Source: Chiloscyllium plagiosum
Taxonomy: Eukaryota
Direction: 5' to 3'
Assembly: GCF_004010195.1 (NCBI RefSeq)
Contig: NC_057719.1
Location: 2,267,576-2,287,575 of the forward strand
DNA length: 20,000 nucleotides
Below are positions 18,509 through 20,000 of the stretch, in pieces (position 1 is the first letter of the stretch; every line of letters starts with the position of its first letter). The translations under genes were made by a program, and so were the position numbers. The notes below the pieces were generated by a model, which saw only the letters and a program-made list of their open reading frames with translations, was not told the origin of the DNA and did not search any database.

Positions 18509-20000
18509 ACTCTCACTCACACTCACACCTCTGTCTCATACACACACTTTCACTCTCACGCACACATACTCACACACACACGCACATCTGTCTCATATAC
18601 ACACACACATACTCTCACTCACACACACTCTCACTCATACGCTCCTCTGTCTCATACGTACACTTTCACTCTCACTCACACACACTCTCACTCAAACACG
18701 CACCTCTGTCTCATATGCACACTTTCACTCTCACACACACTCTCACCTCTGACTCATACACACACTTTCACTCTCACACACGTTCTCACTCACACACGCA
18801 CCGCTGTCTCATTCACACTCTTTCACTCTCACTCACACACACTCTCACTCACACACGCACCTCTGTCTCATACACACACTTTCAATCTCACTCACACACA
18901 CTCTCACTCACACACGCACCTCTGTCTCATTCACACTCTTTCACTCTCACTCACACACACTCTCACTCACACACACTCCTCTGTCTCATACACACTCCTC
19001 TGTCTCATACACACACTTTCACTCACTCACGCACGCACCTCTGTCTCATACGCACACTTTCACTCTCACTCTCACATACTCTCACTCACACACGCACGCA
19101 CCTCTGTCTCATACACACACTTTCACTCTCACTCACACACACTCTCACTCCACAGACACCTCTGTCTCATACGCACACTTTCACTCTCACTCACACACAC
19201 TTTCACTCACACACGCACCTCTGTCTCATACACACACTTTCACTCTCACTCACACATACTCTCACTCACACTCGCACCTCTGTCTCATACACACACTTTC
19301 AATCTCACTCACACACACTCTCACTCACACACGCACCTCTGTCTCATACACACACTTTCACTCTCACTCACACATACTCTCACTTACACACACACCTCTG
19401 TCTCATATACACACACACATACTCTCACTCACACATACTCTCACTCACACACACTCTCACTCACACGCACCTCTGTCTCATACACACACTTTCACTCTCA
19501 CACACATTCTCACTCAGACACGCACCTCTGTCTCATATGCACTCTTTCACTCTCACTCATACACACTCTCACTCACACACGCACCTCTGTATCATACACA
19601 CACTTTTAGTCTCACTCACACATACTCTCACTCACACACGCACTCTGTCTCATACACACTTTCACTCTCACTCAACATACTCTCGCTCACACACGCATTC
19701 TGTCACATACACACTTTCACTCTCACTCACACACGCACCTCTGTATCATACACACACTTTTAGTCTCACTCACACATACTCTCACTCACACACGCATCTC
19801 TGTCTCATACGCACACTTTCACTCTCACTCACGCACACTCTCACTCACACACACAACTCTGTCTCATACGCACACTTTCACTCTCACTCACACATACTCT
19901 CACTCACACTCACACCTCTGTCTCATACACACTTTCACTCTCACTCACACACATACCTCTGTCCATCTCTGTCTCATACACACTTTCACTCTCACTCACA
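18417..20000. repeat. CA/CT-rich minisatellite/satellite with a ~59-bp unit, running off the window
   Basis: The unit is cacctctgtctcatacacacactttcactctcactcacacatactctcactcacacacg, with anchors at 19216, 19275 and 19334. A short piece also lies at 17510-17633. Confidence 0.95.

Noticed and set aside
18342..18752. His/Thr/Leu/Ser-rich ORFs (also 17435 and 17451)
   Set aside because: They are translations of the CA/CT satellite, which rarely contains stop codons.
18417..20000. CRISPR-like repeat/spacer periodicity
   Set aside because: The context is eukaryotic, the 'spacers' are low-complexity and non-unique, and there are no cas genes.

Overview
This is vertebrate genomic DNA, almost certainly from a shark or other elasmobranch, judging by HE1-type V-SINEs, HER1/CR1 LINEs and Penelope-derived repeats. 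The + strand carries the last four coding exons of a Jagged-2 (jag2) Notch-ligand gene: 156-404, 3162-3293, 4881-5037 and 7788-8242. All have AG/GT boundaries and compatible phases (0,0,1). A ~3.2 kb 3'UTR nearly free of transposons follows, with two poly(A)-signal regions. Introns and downstream DNA are full of CR1/L2-group LINE fragments, tRNA-derived SINEs and Penelope-like remnants. The window ends in an ~875-bp near-identical tandem duplication (period 907) next to a ~59-bp CA/CT-rich satellite. I see no convincing novel biological system. The most interesting items are minimal hammerhead-ribozyme motifs in the Penelope-derived repeats, a TSD-flanked fold-back element centred on the hammerhead stem II, a Jagged2 C-terminus ending -KDLSV, and the duplication junctions. 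Repeat family names come from recalled consensus features and repeat boundaries are approximate.
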